The translations under genes and the position numbers were made by a program. A DNA stretch of 63,461 nucleotides, counting the filler, from an uncultured Methanosarcinales archaeon (GTDB lineage: Archaea; Nanobdellota; Nanobdellia; Woesearchaeales; B54-G15): the NCBI GenBank assembly GCA_964519225.1. It is 4 parts of 4 records of this genome, joined end to end, with 100 filler letters (N's around TTAATTAATTAA, not from the genome) between each part and the next. Parts side by side here need not be neighbours in the genome. Positions count along the whole stretch, not along the records: positions 23,231 to 40,621 come from CAZFJK010000015.1; positions 40,722 to 56,008 come from CAZFJK010000016.1; 2 more parts are not named here. One strand, given 5' to 3'. Below the pieces are notes generated by a model, which searched no databases, had not been told where the DNA came from, and saw only the letters and a list, made by a program, of their open reading frames with translations. Below, piece after piece: positions 37,637-46,394 of the stretch. How positions within the stretch are numbered: position 1 is the first letter of the stretch; each line of letters begins with the position of its first letter.

Positions 37637-38353
37637 ATGGGTAAGAGCTTGATTGTTCAAAGACGCGGAAAAGGAACCCATACGTTTAAAGCACTTAGCC
37701 ACAGGTATAAAGGAGATGCCAAGTTTTTGTCTTTGGTTGAGGGCAAACTCGAAGGCGTTGTTGTGGATATTGTTGATTGTCCCGGGCATTCAGCGCCGTT
37801 GATGGTTGTACGTTATGCTAATGGAAACGAAGCTTTGATGATCGCTCCAGAAGGTATAAAGGTTGGTGATGTGGTTGAAATCGGGAGTGGCGCAAGCGTT
37901 AAAATAGGGAATGTTCTTCCTTTGGATGAGATCCCGGAAGGAACGAGCGTTTACAATATTGAGAGCATACCTGGTGATGGAGGAAAGTTTTGCAGAGCAA
38001 GCGGTAGTTTTGCAAGAGTCGTTGGAAAGCTTCCTGGCGGTGTTTTAGTGAAACTTCCATCAAAGAAAGAACGCTTATTTAATGCTAACTGCAGAGCGTG
38101 TATTGGCGTTGTTGCTGGCAGTGGCAGGCTAGAGAAACCCTTTTTAAAGGCTGGTAACAAGGCAAAGGCAATGTGGGCCAGGAATAAGCTTTATCCAAGA
38201 ACAAGCGCATGTAAAATGAATGCTGTTGCACATCCTTTTGGTAATACGAGGAGTGCGAGAAAAAGCAAGAAAAGACCTGTTAGCAGGAATGCTCCACCAG
38301 GTAGGAAGGTTGGTAGCATAGCTGCTAGAAGAACTGGAAGGAAGAAGAGGTAA
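37637..38353 (+). CDS. rpl2: 50S ribosomal protein L2
   Basis: [27 protein letters not shown]. Confidence 0.98.
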   Translation: MGKSLIVQRRGKGTHTFKALSHRYKGDAKFLSLVEGKLEGVVVDIVDCPGHSAPLMVVRYANGNEALMIAPEGIKVGDVVEIGSGASVKIGNVLPLDEIPEGTSVYNIESIPGDGGKFCRASGSFARVVGKLPGGVLVKLPSKKERLFNANCRACIGVVAGSGRLEKPFLKAGNKAKAMWARNKLYPRTSACKMNAVAHPFGNTRSARKSKKRPVSRNAPPGRKVGSIAARRTGRKKR

Positions 38354-38355
38354 AA

Positions 38356-38742
38356 ATGGCAAAAAAGGAATTTACTTTTAGGGGAAAGACATTGGAAGAA
38401 TTGAAGCAGATGACGCTTGACCAGTTTGCAGAGCTGTTAAAAGCAAGAGCGAGGAGAAAGCTGAAAAGAGGCTTAACCGAGGCTGAAAAGAAATTGCTGA
38501 AAAGAATAAGAGAAAAGCCCGATAAGAAAATCAGGACGCATTGCAGGGATATGGTGATAACGCCAGAGATGGTTGGACTAACGATTCATGTTCACAATGG
38601 AAAGGCATTTGTTCCTGTGAGCGTAACACTTGAAATGCTTGGACATAGGCTTGGTGAATTTGCATTAACAAGGAAACCCGTTAAACATTCCGCTCCTGGT
38701 GTTGGCGCTACAAGAAGTAGTGCTGCTGTATCAGCTAAGTAA
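38356..38742 (+). CDS. rps19: 30S ribosomal protein S19
   Basis: RTHCRDM, GHRLGEF, GATRSS. Confidence 0.98.
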   Translation: MAKKEFTFRGKTLEELKQMTLDQFAELLKARARRKLKRGLTEAEKKLLKRIREKPDKKIRTHCRDMVITPEMVGLTIHVHNGKAFVPVSVTLEMLGHRLGEFALTRKPVKHSAPGVGATRSSAAVSAK

Positions 38743-38744
38743 AA

Positions 38745-39176
38745 ATGGGATTCAACTACAGTGTGAAATATGATGCGGAAAAGGAAGCGAGAGCAGTTGG
38801 TCTAGGCATGAGAATATCGACAAAACATTCAGTTGAGGTTTGCAGAATGCTTAGAGGCATGGAATTGAAGAAGGCAAAGGATTTACTGCAGAAAGTGCTT
38901 GAAAAGAAGGTTGCAGTTCCTTATAGAAGATACAGGCGAGATCTTGGACATAAGAAAGGTATTGAAGCAGGAAGATATCCTGAAAAGGTGTGTAAAGAAA
39001 TACTTAAATTGTTAAAAGATGTTGAGGCTAATGCTCAGGTTAAGGGATTGAATACTGCTAATTTGGTTATTAGGCACATTGCTGCTCACAGCGGCGGAAA
39101 ACCTTTGAAACACGGACGAAAGCGCGGTAGAACTGCTAAAAGAACACATGTTGAAGTTGTTGTTAAGGAAAAATGA
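38745..39176 (+). CDS. rpl22: 50S ribosomal protein L22
   Basis: ISTKHS, GRYPEK, THVEVV. Confidence 0.97.
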   Translation: MGFNYSVKYDAEKEARAVGLGMRISTKHSVEVCRMLRGMELKKAKDLLQKVLEKKVAVPYRRYRRDLGHKKGIEAGRYPEKVCKEILKLLKDVEANAQVKGLNTANLVIRHIAAHSGGKPLKHGRKRGRTAKRTHVEVVVKEK

Positions 39177-39829
39177 TAGAAAGGAAACTTATAAGTGAAA
39201 GGGGCAAGGATTTTCAGATAGAAGAATTTATAATGAATAGTTTTCAGAATGTTGGGATTTCAAATGTTAAAGTTCAGAGAACACCTCTTGGTGAAAAGAT
39301 TGTTATAACTGCATTAAGGCCAGGACTTGTTGTTGGGCGAGAGGGACAAAATATAAGGCGGCTTACAGCTGAATTAAAAAAGAGGTTTGGGCTTGAGAAT
39401 CCTCAAGTTGAAATCCAAACTGTTGACAGCCCATTTTTAGATCCGCACATAGTTGCTGAGAAGATTGCAAATACACTTGAGAGGTTTGGCATTACAAGGT
39501 TTAAAGCTGTTGGACATAGAGCTGTTCAAGACGTGATGAATGCAGGGGCTATCGGCGTTGAGATAATAATAAGTGGCAAGGTGCCGAGCCGTAGAGCAAA
39601 GCGATGGAGGTTTTATGCGGGTTATTTAAAAAAATGCGGGGATATTGCTATAGAAGGTGTGAAAAAAGCATATGCTATTGCACGGTTAAAGCCCGGTGTT
39701 GTTGGAATTCAGGTAAGGATAATGCCACCAGATGTCAAACTTTCAGATAAGATTAAGATAGGCGAAGAAGGGGAAGAGGTTGTAGAAGAGAAAGATGAAA
39801 ACAAAGGAACTAAGAGCTCTGAGCAATGA
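39173..39829 (+). CDS. rps3: 30S ribosomal protein S3
   Basis: RPGLVVGREG KH domain; GA.GVEI.ISGK. Confidence 0.98.
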   Translation: MIERKLISERGKDFQIEEFIMNSFQNVGISNVKVQRTPLGEKIVITALRPGLVVGREGQNIRRLTAELKKRFGLENPQVEIQTVDSPFLDPHIVAEKIANTLERFGITRFKAVGHRAVQDVMNAGAIGVEIIISGKVPSRRAKRWRFYAGYLKKCGDIAIEGVKKAYAIARLKPGVVGIQVRIMPPDVKLSDKIKIGEEGEEVVEEKDENKGTKSSEQ

Positions 39830-39989
39830 GGAATTAAGGAAGAAGTTGATTGATTTAAAGAAGGATTTGATTAGAGGGGTGACCAAGAGATTGCAGAAAA
39901 GCAGCACAGAGAAAACAGCCGCTATAAGGAAGATTAGACGTGAGATTGCAAAAATTATTACAATCCTAAAAGAAAAAGGAGGCAGGTGA
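39795..39989 (+). CDS. rpl29: 50S ribosomal protein L29
   Basis: KELR.LS.EEL, IRREIAKIITIL. Confidence 0.95.
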   Translation: MKTKELRALSNEELRKKLIDLKKDLIRGVTKRLQKSSTEKTAAIRKIRREIAKIITILKEKGGR

Positions 39990-39998
39990 TAAAAAGCA

Positions 39999-40307
39999 AT
40001 GGTTGAAATTTGCCCAAAGTGTGGTTTGCCAAAAGAACTTTGTGTTTGCGAGACAATAGCTAAGGAACAGCAGAAGATAAGAATAAGGGTAGAGAAAAAG
40101 AAGTTTGGAAAGCCATATACTATTATTGAGGGCATAGATGAAAAATCGATTGACATGAAATCATTGGTAAAGATGCTGAAGAGCAAGCTTGCTTGTGGAG
40201 GTACAGTAAAAAATGGAAAGATTGAATTGCAAGGAGAGCATAAGCAAAACATTAAAAAGGTGCTTGAGGAATACGGCTTTCCGCCAGAAAGTATTGAGAT
40301 TCAGTAA
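39999..40307 (+). CDS. Translation initiation factor SUI1/aIF1
   Basis: CPKCGLPKELCVC, LACGGT, IELQG. Confidence 0.96.
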   Translation: MVEICPKCGLPKELCVCETIAKEQQKIRIRVEKKKFGKPYTIIEGIDEKSIDMKSLVKMLKSKLACGGTVKNGKIELQGEHKQNIKKVLEEYGFPPESIEIQ

Positions 40308-40327
40308 TGGAAGAAAAGAAGTAAAAG

Positions 40328-40600
40328 ATGAAGAAAAGAAATATTTTGAAATATGAGCTTATAGGAATCATGGCTGAGGTTGTTGATGCGAAGAACAAGG
40401 CAAACATCGGCATAAAAGGAAAGGTTGTTGATGAAACAAAGAATACTTTTGTAATAGAAACTGAAAAAGGGAAGAAAAGGGTGATAAAGCAGAATGCTGT
40501 GTTTGAATTCAGGTTTGGAAAGCAGCGTGTTAGGATTGACGGAAGATTGCTTGTTGGAAGACCTGAAGAAAGATTGAAGAGGGAAATAAAAAATGGTTGA
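40328..40600 (+). CDS. rnp1: Ribonuclease P protein subunit 1 (Rpp29/POP4)
   Basis: ELIG, G.VVDETKN, GRPEERLK. Confidence 0.94.
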   Translation: MKKRNILKYELIGIMAEVVDAKNKANIGIKGKVVDETKNTFVIETEKGKKRVIKQNAVFEFRFGKQRVRIDGRLLVGRPEERLKREIKNG

Positions 40601-40621
40601 ATGCAAAGATAAGAAATGCCC
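40593..40621 (+). CDS. rps17: 30S ribosomal protein S17, N-terminal fragment cut by the contig end
   Basis: MVECKDKKC(P) in the canonical operon position. Confidence 0.8.
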
Positions 40622-40721
40622 NNNNNNNNNNNNNNNNNNNNNNNNNNNNNNNNNNNNNNNNNNNNTTAATTAATTAANNNNNNNNNNNNNNNNNNNNNNN
40701 NNNNNNNNNNNNNNNNNNNNN
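40622..40721. other. Artificial contig linker
   Basis: N44-TTAATTAATTAA-N44. Confidence 0.99.
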
Positions 40722-41350
40722 CAAATCCATCTATCAACAAATGCAGCAGAACACACAAATGAAAATCTTTTTCCTATCCTGATTCCCATCACCTTAACAT
40801 CCTCACCCAAGAACCTGAATCTTTTCAAAAGCTTACCATTCAGCAAATTACAAATATTCAAAACATTTTTTTCTAATTCAGTCAAAGGATAATGAGCAGC
40901 TCCAAACGATGTATCGTTACATACTTTTCTTGCCACTACGCTTTGCAAGCTTTCAGCACCTTCTTTTACTGCAACGCAGAAATCAACTCTTTCTAAATAT
41001 CTAAACTTGCTAAGCTCTTTTTTCACAGCATCTTCAATAATCCTTCTTACTGGAATTTTCTTTCTGCCGACTTTTCCAGTTGCTCTACCAACAACCATGA
41101 TCTTCATCGGCTCTATAATTTCACCGCCACCAAATCTCGGCTTGGCTTTTCCAGCAATAAGCACACCTTTATCCACATTGTAGTGCATCAATCTTCCAAA
41201 ATTTTTAATGTAGTATTCAGAAAGAGCTTTTCCTGCAGCCTCGCAGCAGCAATCACAAATAGCATCAGGATGTCCAATACCTTTTCGCTCAGCAAACTCA
41301 ACTTCCGGTAGCTTACTCTTTATCTTCTGAACAAAAATATTTTCCATCAT
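40722..41350 (-). CDS. mat: Archaeal-type S-adenosylmethionine synthetase, 3'-truncated
   Basis: ERKGIGHPD.ICD, HYNVDK, NDTSFG, GEDVKVMG. Confidence 0.93.
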
Positions 41351-41880
41351 TCACCTTCAAACTCTACTAATTTAAAAACCTTATACCCTGCTTCCTCAAG
41401 TTTTCTCCTTCCGCCGAGATCAGGCAAGTCAATAATAAATGCGCATTCATGCACCTTTCCACCAAGCTTCTCAATAAGCTTACAGCAAGCTAAGGCAGTT
41501 CCGCCAGTAGCAATTAAGTCATCAACCACAAGAATGTTCATTCCTTCTTTAATAGCATCTTTATGTATTTCAATAGCATCTTTGCTATATTCTGTTTCAT
41601 ACTCAATCTTTTCTGTCTCAGCAGGCAGCTTTCCTGGCTTTCTTGCAGGAACAAAACCAATGCCGAGCTTATGCGCAAGAACAGAACCGAAAATAAAACC
41701 TCTGCTTTCTATGCCAACAACAGCATCAACAGGTTTTTCTTTGTATCTTTCATAAAGTAGATTTATTGCTCTGTCAAATCCTTTTGGATCTTTTAATAAA
41801 GTTGTTATATCTCTAAACATAACACCCTGCTTTGGAAAATTAGGTACTGTTCTTATCTTCTCCTTAATCATATGAGGCAT
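41347..41880 (-). CDS. apt: Adenine phosphoribosyltransferase
   Basis: FPKQGVMFRDIT, ESRGF, RKPGKLP, VDDLIATGGT. Confidence 0.96.
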   Translation of the reverse strand: MPHMIKEKIRTVPNFPKQGVMFRDITTLLKDPKGFDRAINLLYERYKEKPVDAVVGIESRGFIFGSVLAHKLGIGFVPARKPGKLPAETEKIEYETEYSKDAIEIHKDAIKEGMNILVVDDLIATGGTALACCKLIEKLGGKVHECAFIIDLPDLGGRRKLEEAGYKVFKLVEFEGE

Positions 41881-41898
41881 TTAGACCACCTTCTAAAC

Positions 41899-42678
41899 TC
41901 AAAGCAAAGCGCTTTTTATAGCTTCTTTACATAAACATTCCCAATCCTCGATCTTCGGCACAGCACTATGAATTAGCTTTAAGACCTTTTCTGCATTTTC
42001 ATTCATCACTCTAAGAATGTCTTCAACAGTAACAGCATGTTCTTTCCAACAATCATAGTCAGTTACCATAGCAACAGGCTGATAGCATATCCCAGCTTCT
42101 CTTGCCAAAACAGCTTCTGGTACAGTTGTCATATTTATAACATCACACCCCCACTGCCTGAACAGGTTACTTTCTGCTTTTGTACTGAATCTTGGTCCTT
42201 CTATAGTCACAATAGTTCCTTTAGCATGATGTTTAAATCCAAGCTCCTTAGCTGTTTCAATAAGCACTGCTCTGAGCTTTGGACAAAAAGGTTCGGCCAT
42301 ACTGATATGACAAACTTCTTGACCTTCATAAAATGTCTGTTTTCTTTTTGTCGTCCTATCAATAAATTGATCGACAAAAACAAAATCGCCTGGATGAATA
42401 TGCTCTTGCAGACTTCCGCAAGCAGTCGGAGCAATTATATGTGTTACGCCGAGCTCTTTCATTACCCAAACATTTGCTCTAAAGTTCACTGCTGTTGGAT
42501 GCAACCTATGCATCTTCCCGTGCCTAGGAATAATAACCACGTTAACACCTTCAATGCTGCCGATTGTTATAAGATCAGAAGGCTGTCCATATGGTGTATG
42601 TCTTTTAATCTGTTTTGCGTCTTTTACGAATTCAGCATTTTCAAGTCCGCTTCCACCGATGATTCCGACCTTTACCAT
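41899..42678 (-). CDS. mtnP: S-methyl-5'-thioadenosine phosphorylase
   Basis: GIIGGSG, RHG, EGPRFST.AES, NMT, TDYDCW; ATG 42678. Confidence 0.96.
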   Translation of the reverse strand: MVKVGIIGGSGLENAEFVKDAKQIKRHTPYGQPSDLITIGSIEGVNVVIIPRHGKMHRLHPTAVNFRANVWVMKELGVTHIIAPTACGSLQEHIHPGDFVFVDQFIDRTTKRKQTFYEGQEVCHISMAEPFCPKLRAVLIETAKELGFKHHAKGTIVTIEGPRFSTKAESNLFRQWGCDVINMTTVPEAVLAREAGICYQPVAMVTDYDCWKEHAVTVEDILRVMNENAEKVLKLIHSAVPKIEDWECLCKEAIKSALL

Positions 42679-42762
42679 TTTCAAGCTATATAAAATCGAA
42701 TTTTTAAAATCTATCGTAAAAACTATAAAAAACTTTAAAAAAATTTCAAAAGCCATCTTGCT

Positions 42763-43317
42763 ATGGTAAAATTCTTCTCAAGAAAATCAGACATCACCTA
42801 CTTACTTAGAGATAAAGAATTAGAAGGCATAAGTGTAATCGAGATAGGTCTAAGGGAAAGCGACAAAGTGAAACAAATTAATGGGAGGAAGAGAATATTC
42901 TCAGCGCTCGATTATAAATGCCTAATGGACTTTTATGCAATATTTATCGAAGGTAATGGAAAAGGAACGAACGGATACATTCCAATCAAAGCACAACCTC
43001 CGACTGGGAAATTTCCAATTCGACGAGGATCTAAAAATTGCAGAGAGTTCTTCCAACTCCCAAGACAACGCCAGGGAATAATCTTCGAAGATTATATCAA
43101 AGGTATAATAGAAGAACTCGCAAACGCGATAAATGCCGAATATGGAACAGAACTTATTTTGTACTTTACAAATGTTTGTTACCAAAACAAAAGCCATAAC
43201 GTAGAATTAGATGCTCTTATTCTTTTCAAGTGGAAATTCATAATGGGTGTGTTTAAACACAGATTAATAGAATATTTCGCAGTTAACGGAGTTTCTTCTT
43301 CACTGCTTTATCGCTAA
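42763..43317 (+). CDS. Hypothetical protein
   Basis: 184-aa ORF divergent from mtnP. Confidence 0.6.
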   Translation: MVKFFSRKSDITYLLRDKELEGISVIEIGLRESDKVKQINGRKRIFSALDYKCLMDFYAIFIEGNGKGTNGYIPIKAQPPTGKFPIRRGSKNCREFFQLPRQRQGIIFEDYIKGIIEELANAINAEYGTELILYFTNVCYQNKSHNVELDALILFKWKFIMGVFKHRLIEYFAVNGVSSSLLYR

Positions 43318-43798
43318 TAATCGCACTGTTTCCTGTCGGATCCTCTATAATAAGCTTTAATTTCTCAGTCCCGTGCATAACCTTCATCAATTTTTTTAAT
43401 AGCCTTTTTGCTTTCTTTTTAGCTTCAGCACTTTCTTCACTGTCCCTTGCCATTTCAATTGCTCTTTTAATCCTTAACAGAATTCCTTCGACATTGCTAA
43501 CAAATCCTTGAGAAGCAGGACCTGGTTTGATTGTAATAACGTGAGGAATTTTTATTGTAGCATTGCTCGATTTAACAACCCTAACCTTTAAATCATCAAC
43601 CGAGCTTATTTCAAATTCATATCGGGCTGGTTCTTTATGTTCAGCAGCCTCAACATCAGCCTTGTAAAACTTGCAATTAGAACATCTCATAGAAAAAACA
43701 TATAACTTTCCAAAATAAGGAACTTCCACTTCATCTTCAGTTAATGTCAGCGTTTTCTTTCCACAAACAGGACATTGTTGATTAGCGAGTTCATGCAT
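43283..43798 (-). CDS. ZPR1 zinc-finger protein
   Basis: CPVC, VPYFG, CSNC, NVEG.L, DPTGNS. Confidence 0.93.
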   Translation of the reverse strand: MHELANQQCPVCGKKTLTLTEDEVEVPYFGKLYVFSMRCSNCKFYKADVEAAEHKEPARYEFEISSVDDLKVRVVKSSNATIKIPHVITIKPGPASQGFVSNVEGILLRIKRAIEMARDSEESAEAKKKAKRLLKKLMKVMHGTEKLKLIIEDPTGNSAIISDKAVKKKLR

Positions 43799-44183
43799 TT
43801 CCTTCTCCACGCTCTTCTGGTTTCTCTGCTTTATAAACTTCAGCAAAAGAAGGAACTGCAACAAGATAGTTATCTCCAAATCCGGCTATGTCTCCTTCGA
43901 TAGCTTCGCATGTTTTCTTCAACTTGCTTATAGCTCTTTTCAACTCCACCAAATCTTTATTCTTTAACGGCTCTATGTTAATAAGTGCAATTGTTCTACC
44001 CTCGCGCAGAGCATCAAGAATTGGTTTGACATCTTCAAATTCTTCAAGAATGAAAGGTCTGACAATGATTTTTTGATCTTTCTCCGGAACTTCTGGACCT
44101 AATTCAATATATTCTTCTGCTTCCTCCAACAGCTTTTCTTCACCGCCAGAAATCTTTTCTTTGATTTTTGAAAATATGCCCAT
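43791..44183 (-). CDS. sepF: Cell division protein SepF
   Basis: LREG.TIALINI.PL, LKRAISKLK, GDIAG, VAVP. Confidence 0.9.
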   Translation of the reverse strand: MGIFSKIKEKISGGEEKLLEEAEEYIELGPEVPEKDQKIIVRPFILEEFEDVKPILDALREGRTIALINIEPLKNKDLVELKRAISKLKKTCEAIEGDIAGFGDNYLVAVPSFAEVYKAEKPEERGEGNA

Positions 44184-44297
44184 TTTAACACCTCTTTTAT
44201 TGCTTACCACTCACATATTTAAATATTTTGCTATGGTTGTTTCTCTTTTCGAAAGGTTTTTATAATATATTCTTTCATCTAAAGAAGGGGTCTTAGG

Positions 44298-44597
44298 ATG
44301 GTAAAAAGAATAGGAACAGCAAGAAGGAAAACTCGAAAATCGCTCAGAAAGTCAGTCAGGGAGCGAGGAAAAATTAGCATAAGCAGGTTTTTCCAGACGT
44401 TTGAAATAGGCGATAAAGTCATGATTGATCCAGAACCAGCAGTTCATACTGGCTTACCTTTCAGGCGTTTCGTTGGAAAAACAGGCATTGTTCGCAAAAA
44501 ACAGGGGAGCTGTTATTGTGTTGAAATCAAAAACGGTAAAAAGCAAAAAGTCATAATTGCCCACCCAGTTCATTTAAAGCTTGTAAAATTAAAATGA
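44298..44597 (+). CDS. rpl21e: 50S ribosomal protein L21e
   Basis: RRKTR, GDKV.I, G.P.RRF.GKTG, HPVHLK. Confidence 0.96.
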   Translation: MVKRIGTARRKTRKSLRKSVRERGKISISRFFQTFEIGDKVMIDPEPAVHTGLPFRRFVGKTGIVRKKQGSCYCVEIKNGKKQKVIIAHPVHLKLVKLK

Positions 44598-44938
44598 AAC
44601 CAACGATAATTTCCGAAGAGCCAATGACGCTCGTGGAAGTAAAAGAATACCTAAAAAAACTTAAAGAAAAAAACACAGAGCTCGGTTTCAGAGCAGCAAA
44701 AACAGAAGAGTACCTTAATCAAGTACCGGTGCTCGACAAAAAAACCGCAACCGAACTTAAAGAAAAGCTTGAATCATTAAAGATCACAAGATTAAAACCT
44801 GCTATGATTACAAAAATCATTGACTTAGTGCCTAAGACCCCCGACGATTTAAAAGTAATCCTTCAAGGATTTCAGTCATCTGTTTCAGCAGAGGATATGA
44901 AAAAAATACTAGCCGCGATCAATAACATAGTCAAATGA
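44594..44938 (+). CDS. rpoF: RNA polymerase subunit F (Rpo4)
   Basis: EVKEYL, KIIDL.P; conserved rpl21e-rpoF-DUF655 order. Confidence 0.9.
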   Translation: MKPTIISEEPMTLVEVKEYLKKLKEKNTELGFRAAKTEEYLNQVPVLDKKTATELKEKLESLKITRLKPAMITKIIDLVPKTPDDLKVILQGFQSSVSAEDMKKILAAINNIVK

Positions 44939-44959
44939 TGCAAAACATACTAATGAAAA

Positions 44960-45532
44960 ATGAGACGAGAAAGACAAAAAGAATATCAAAGAGAAGAAAA
45001 AGCCATTGTACTAGATTTTTTACCAAATGGCTATCCATTAGATCCAAGACCAATGTACAGAAAGACACCAATAGTTCAAGCTCTCGGAACCGAGCATTTT
45101 ACCTTACTTGAATTAGCTCCAAAAAAAGGCGTTTTCTTACAACCACATGAAGAAGTTTATATTGGCGAAGGCAAGCGGGAAAAAATCCACCACATAATCG
45201 GAAGACTGCCTTTTGAAAAATTGACTAGCACAGCTAGAGCAGAGCTCGAATTTACCATAAAGGACTTGGTTGAAAAAAACGAAAAGCGCTTTGTTGAGTT
45301 TTTTAACAAGGCTCAACCTCTTACGACAAGAATGCACCAATTAGAACTTCTTCCAGGATTGGGCAAAAAGCACATGTGGGAAATTCTCGAAGCCAGAGAA
45401 GAAAAACCATTCGAATCTTTTGAAGATATAAAAAAGAGAATTAAGCTCATGCCAGACCCAAAAAGAATAATAATTAAACGGATACTTCAGGAGTTAGAAG
45501 GCAAAGAAAAACATAGGATTTTTACAAGATAA
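44960..45532 (+). CDS. DUF655 putative RNA-binding protein
   Basis: VLDFLPNG, FTLLEL, HQLELLPGLG, PFESFEDI. Confidence 0.93.
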   Translation: MRRERQKEYQREEKAIVLDFLPNGYPLDPRPMYRKTPIVQALGTEHFTLLELAPKKGVFLQPHEEVYIGEGKREKIHHIIGRLPFEKLTSTARAELEFTIKDLVEKNEKRFVEFFNKAQPLTTRMHQLELLPGLGKKHMWEILEAREEKPFESFEDIKKRIKLMPDPKRIIIKRILQELEGKEKHRIFTR

Positions 45533-45552
45533 TACTGATAAAAAACGTACAA

Positions 45553-45855
45553 ATGGCAAAGCTGTTTCCCGAAGACGTCGAATTCATCAAAAAGGCAGAA
45601 CAATTTCTCAATGAACTTAAGAAAAAGAAAAGATTAACAATAATCCACGAAGATAAACTAGTTCATTCTTTGGTTGGTTTGCTCGGAATCTTGCAAAGAA
45701 TAAAACGTCATGAAAAACTAGAAAGATTGATCGAAGAAATGATTTCCTTCGGCGAATTGAATAATTTCTCTGTCGAAGGTCCAAAGATATATTTTCAAAA
45801 ACTTAAAGAAAAACGAAGAACTACTCCTGCTTCCCGGTCTTCTTTAATTTTTTAA
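45553..45855 (+). CDS. Hypothetical protein
   Basis: 100-aa ORF co-oriented with the operon. Confidence 0.6.
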   Translation: MAKLFPEDVEFIKKAEQFLNELKKKKRLTIIHEDKLVHSLVGLLGILQRIKRHEKLERLIEEMISFGELNNFSVEGPKIYFQKLKEKRRTTPASRSSLIF

Positions 45856-46069
45856 TCATCATTTCAGCCCTCTCAATCATTTTCTTTTTGAGCGCAATGA
45901 AAACACCACCTTCTTTTCCTTTTACAAATGTCACTTCGCCAGGTTTTATAATCTTGCCAATATCTCCTTCTATATCAATGTGAGTGATTCTTGCTCTTGA
46001 TTTTCCTTTTTCATGAACATAGGCTTTTATTCTTTTCAACTCAAATTTTCCTTCCCCCGGACCAGTCAT
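45821..46069 (-). CDS. Small basic hypothetical protein
   Basis: 82-aa ORF with GGTGA SD. Confidence 0.7.
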   Translation of the reverse strand: MTGPGEGKFELKRIKAYVHEKGKSRARITHIDIEGDIGKIIKPGEVTFVKGKEGGVFIALKKKMIERAEMMIKKLKKTGKQE

Positions 46070-46087
46070 TCTATCACCATTCTTATC

Positions 46088-46342
46088 TTACCAACTACCT
46101 TTATAAAACAAAAGAGTAAAAATCAACCAAGCAACAAATATTGAAGCGCTAATTAATAGCATGGTAATCAGCAATCTCTTATCATTAGCAAACCCAAAAG
46201 GAATAAACCCAATTATTCCACCAACAGCATATTTAGTTTCAGCCCTACTGCCGTGAGCTGATAAAAGCATTCCTAGAAAAATAAGCAAAAAACCGATTAT
46301 TAGCAGGACAATTCCAGCATAGACCAGCATGAGCATTCGCAT
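46088..46342 (-). CDS. DUF131 (TIGR00304) membrane protein
   Basis: GGIIGFIPFGF motif between two TM helices. Confidence 0.8.
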   Translation of the reverse strand: MRMLMLVYAGIVLLIIGFLLIFLGMLLSAHGSRAETKYAVGGIIGFIPFGFANDKRLLITMLLISASIFVAWLIFTLLFYKGSW

Positions 46343-46394
46343 TAGCGTGTATATAAGATAAAATATTTAAATCTTTAACTGTTTCTAAAGGCAT

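Noticed and set aside
42037..42693. 218-aa plus-strand ORF and the many other antisense ORFs in the track
   Set aside because: They lie opposite well-supported genes and have F/S/L-biased shadow composition.
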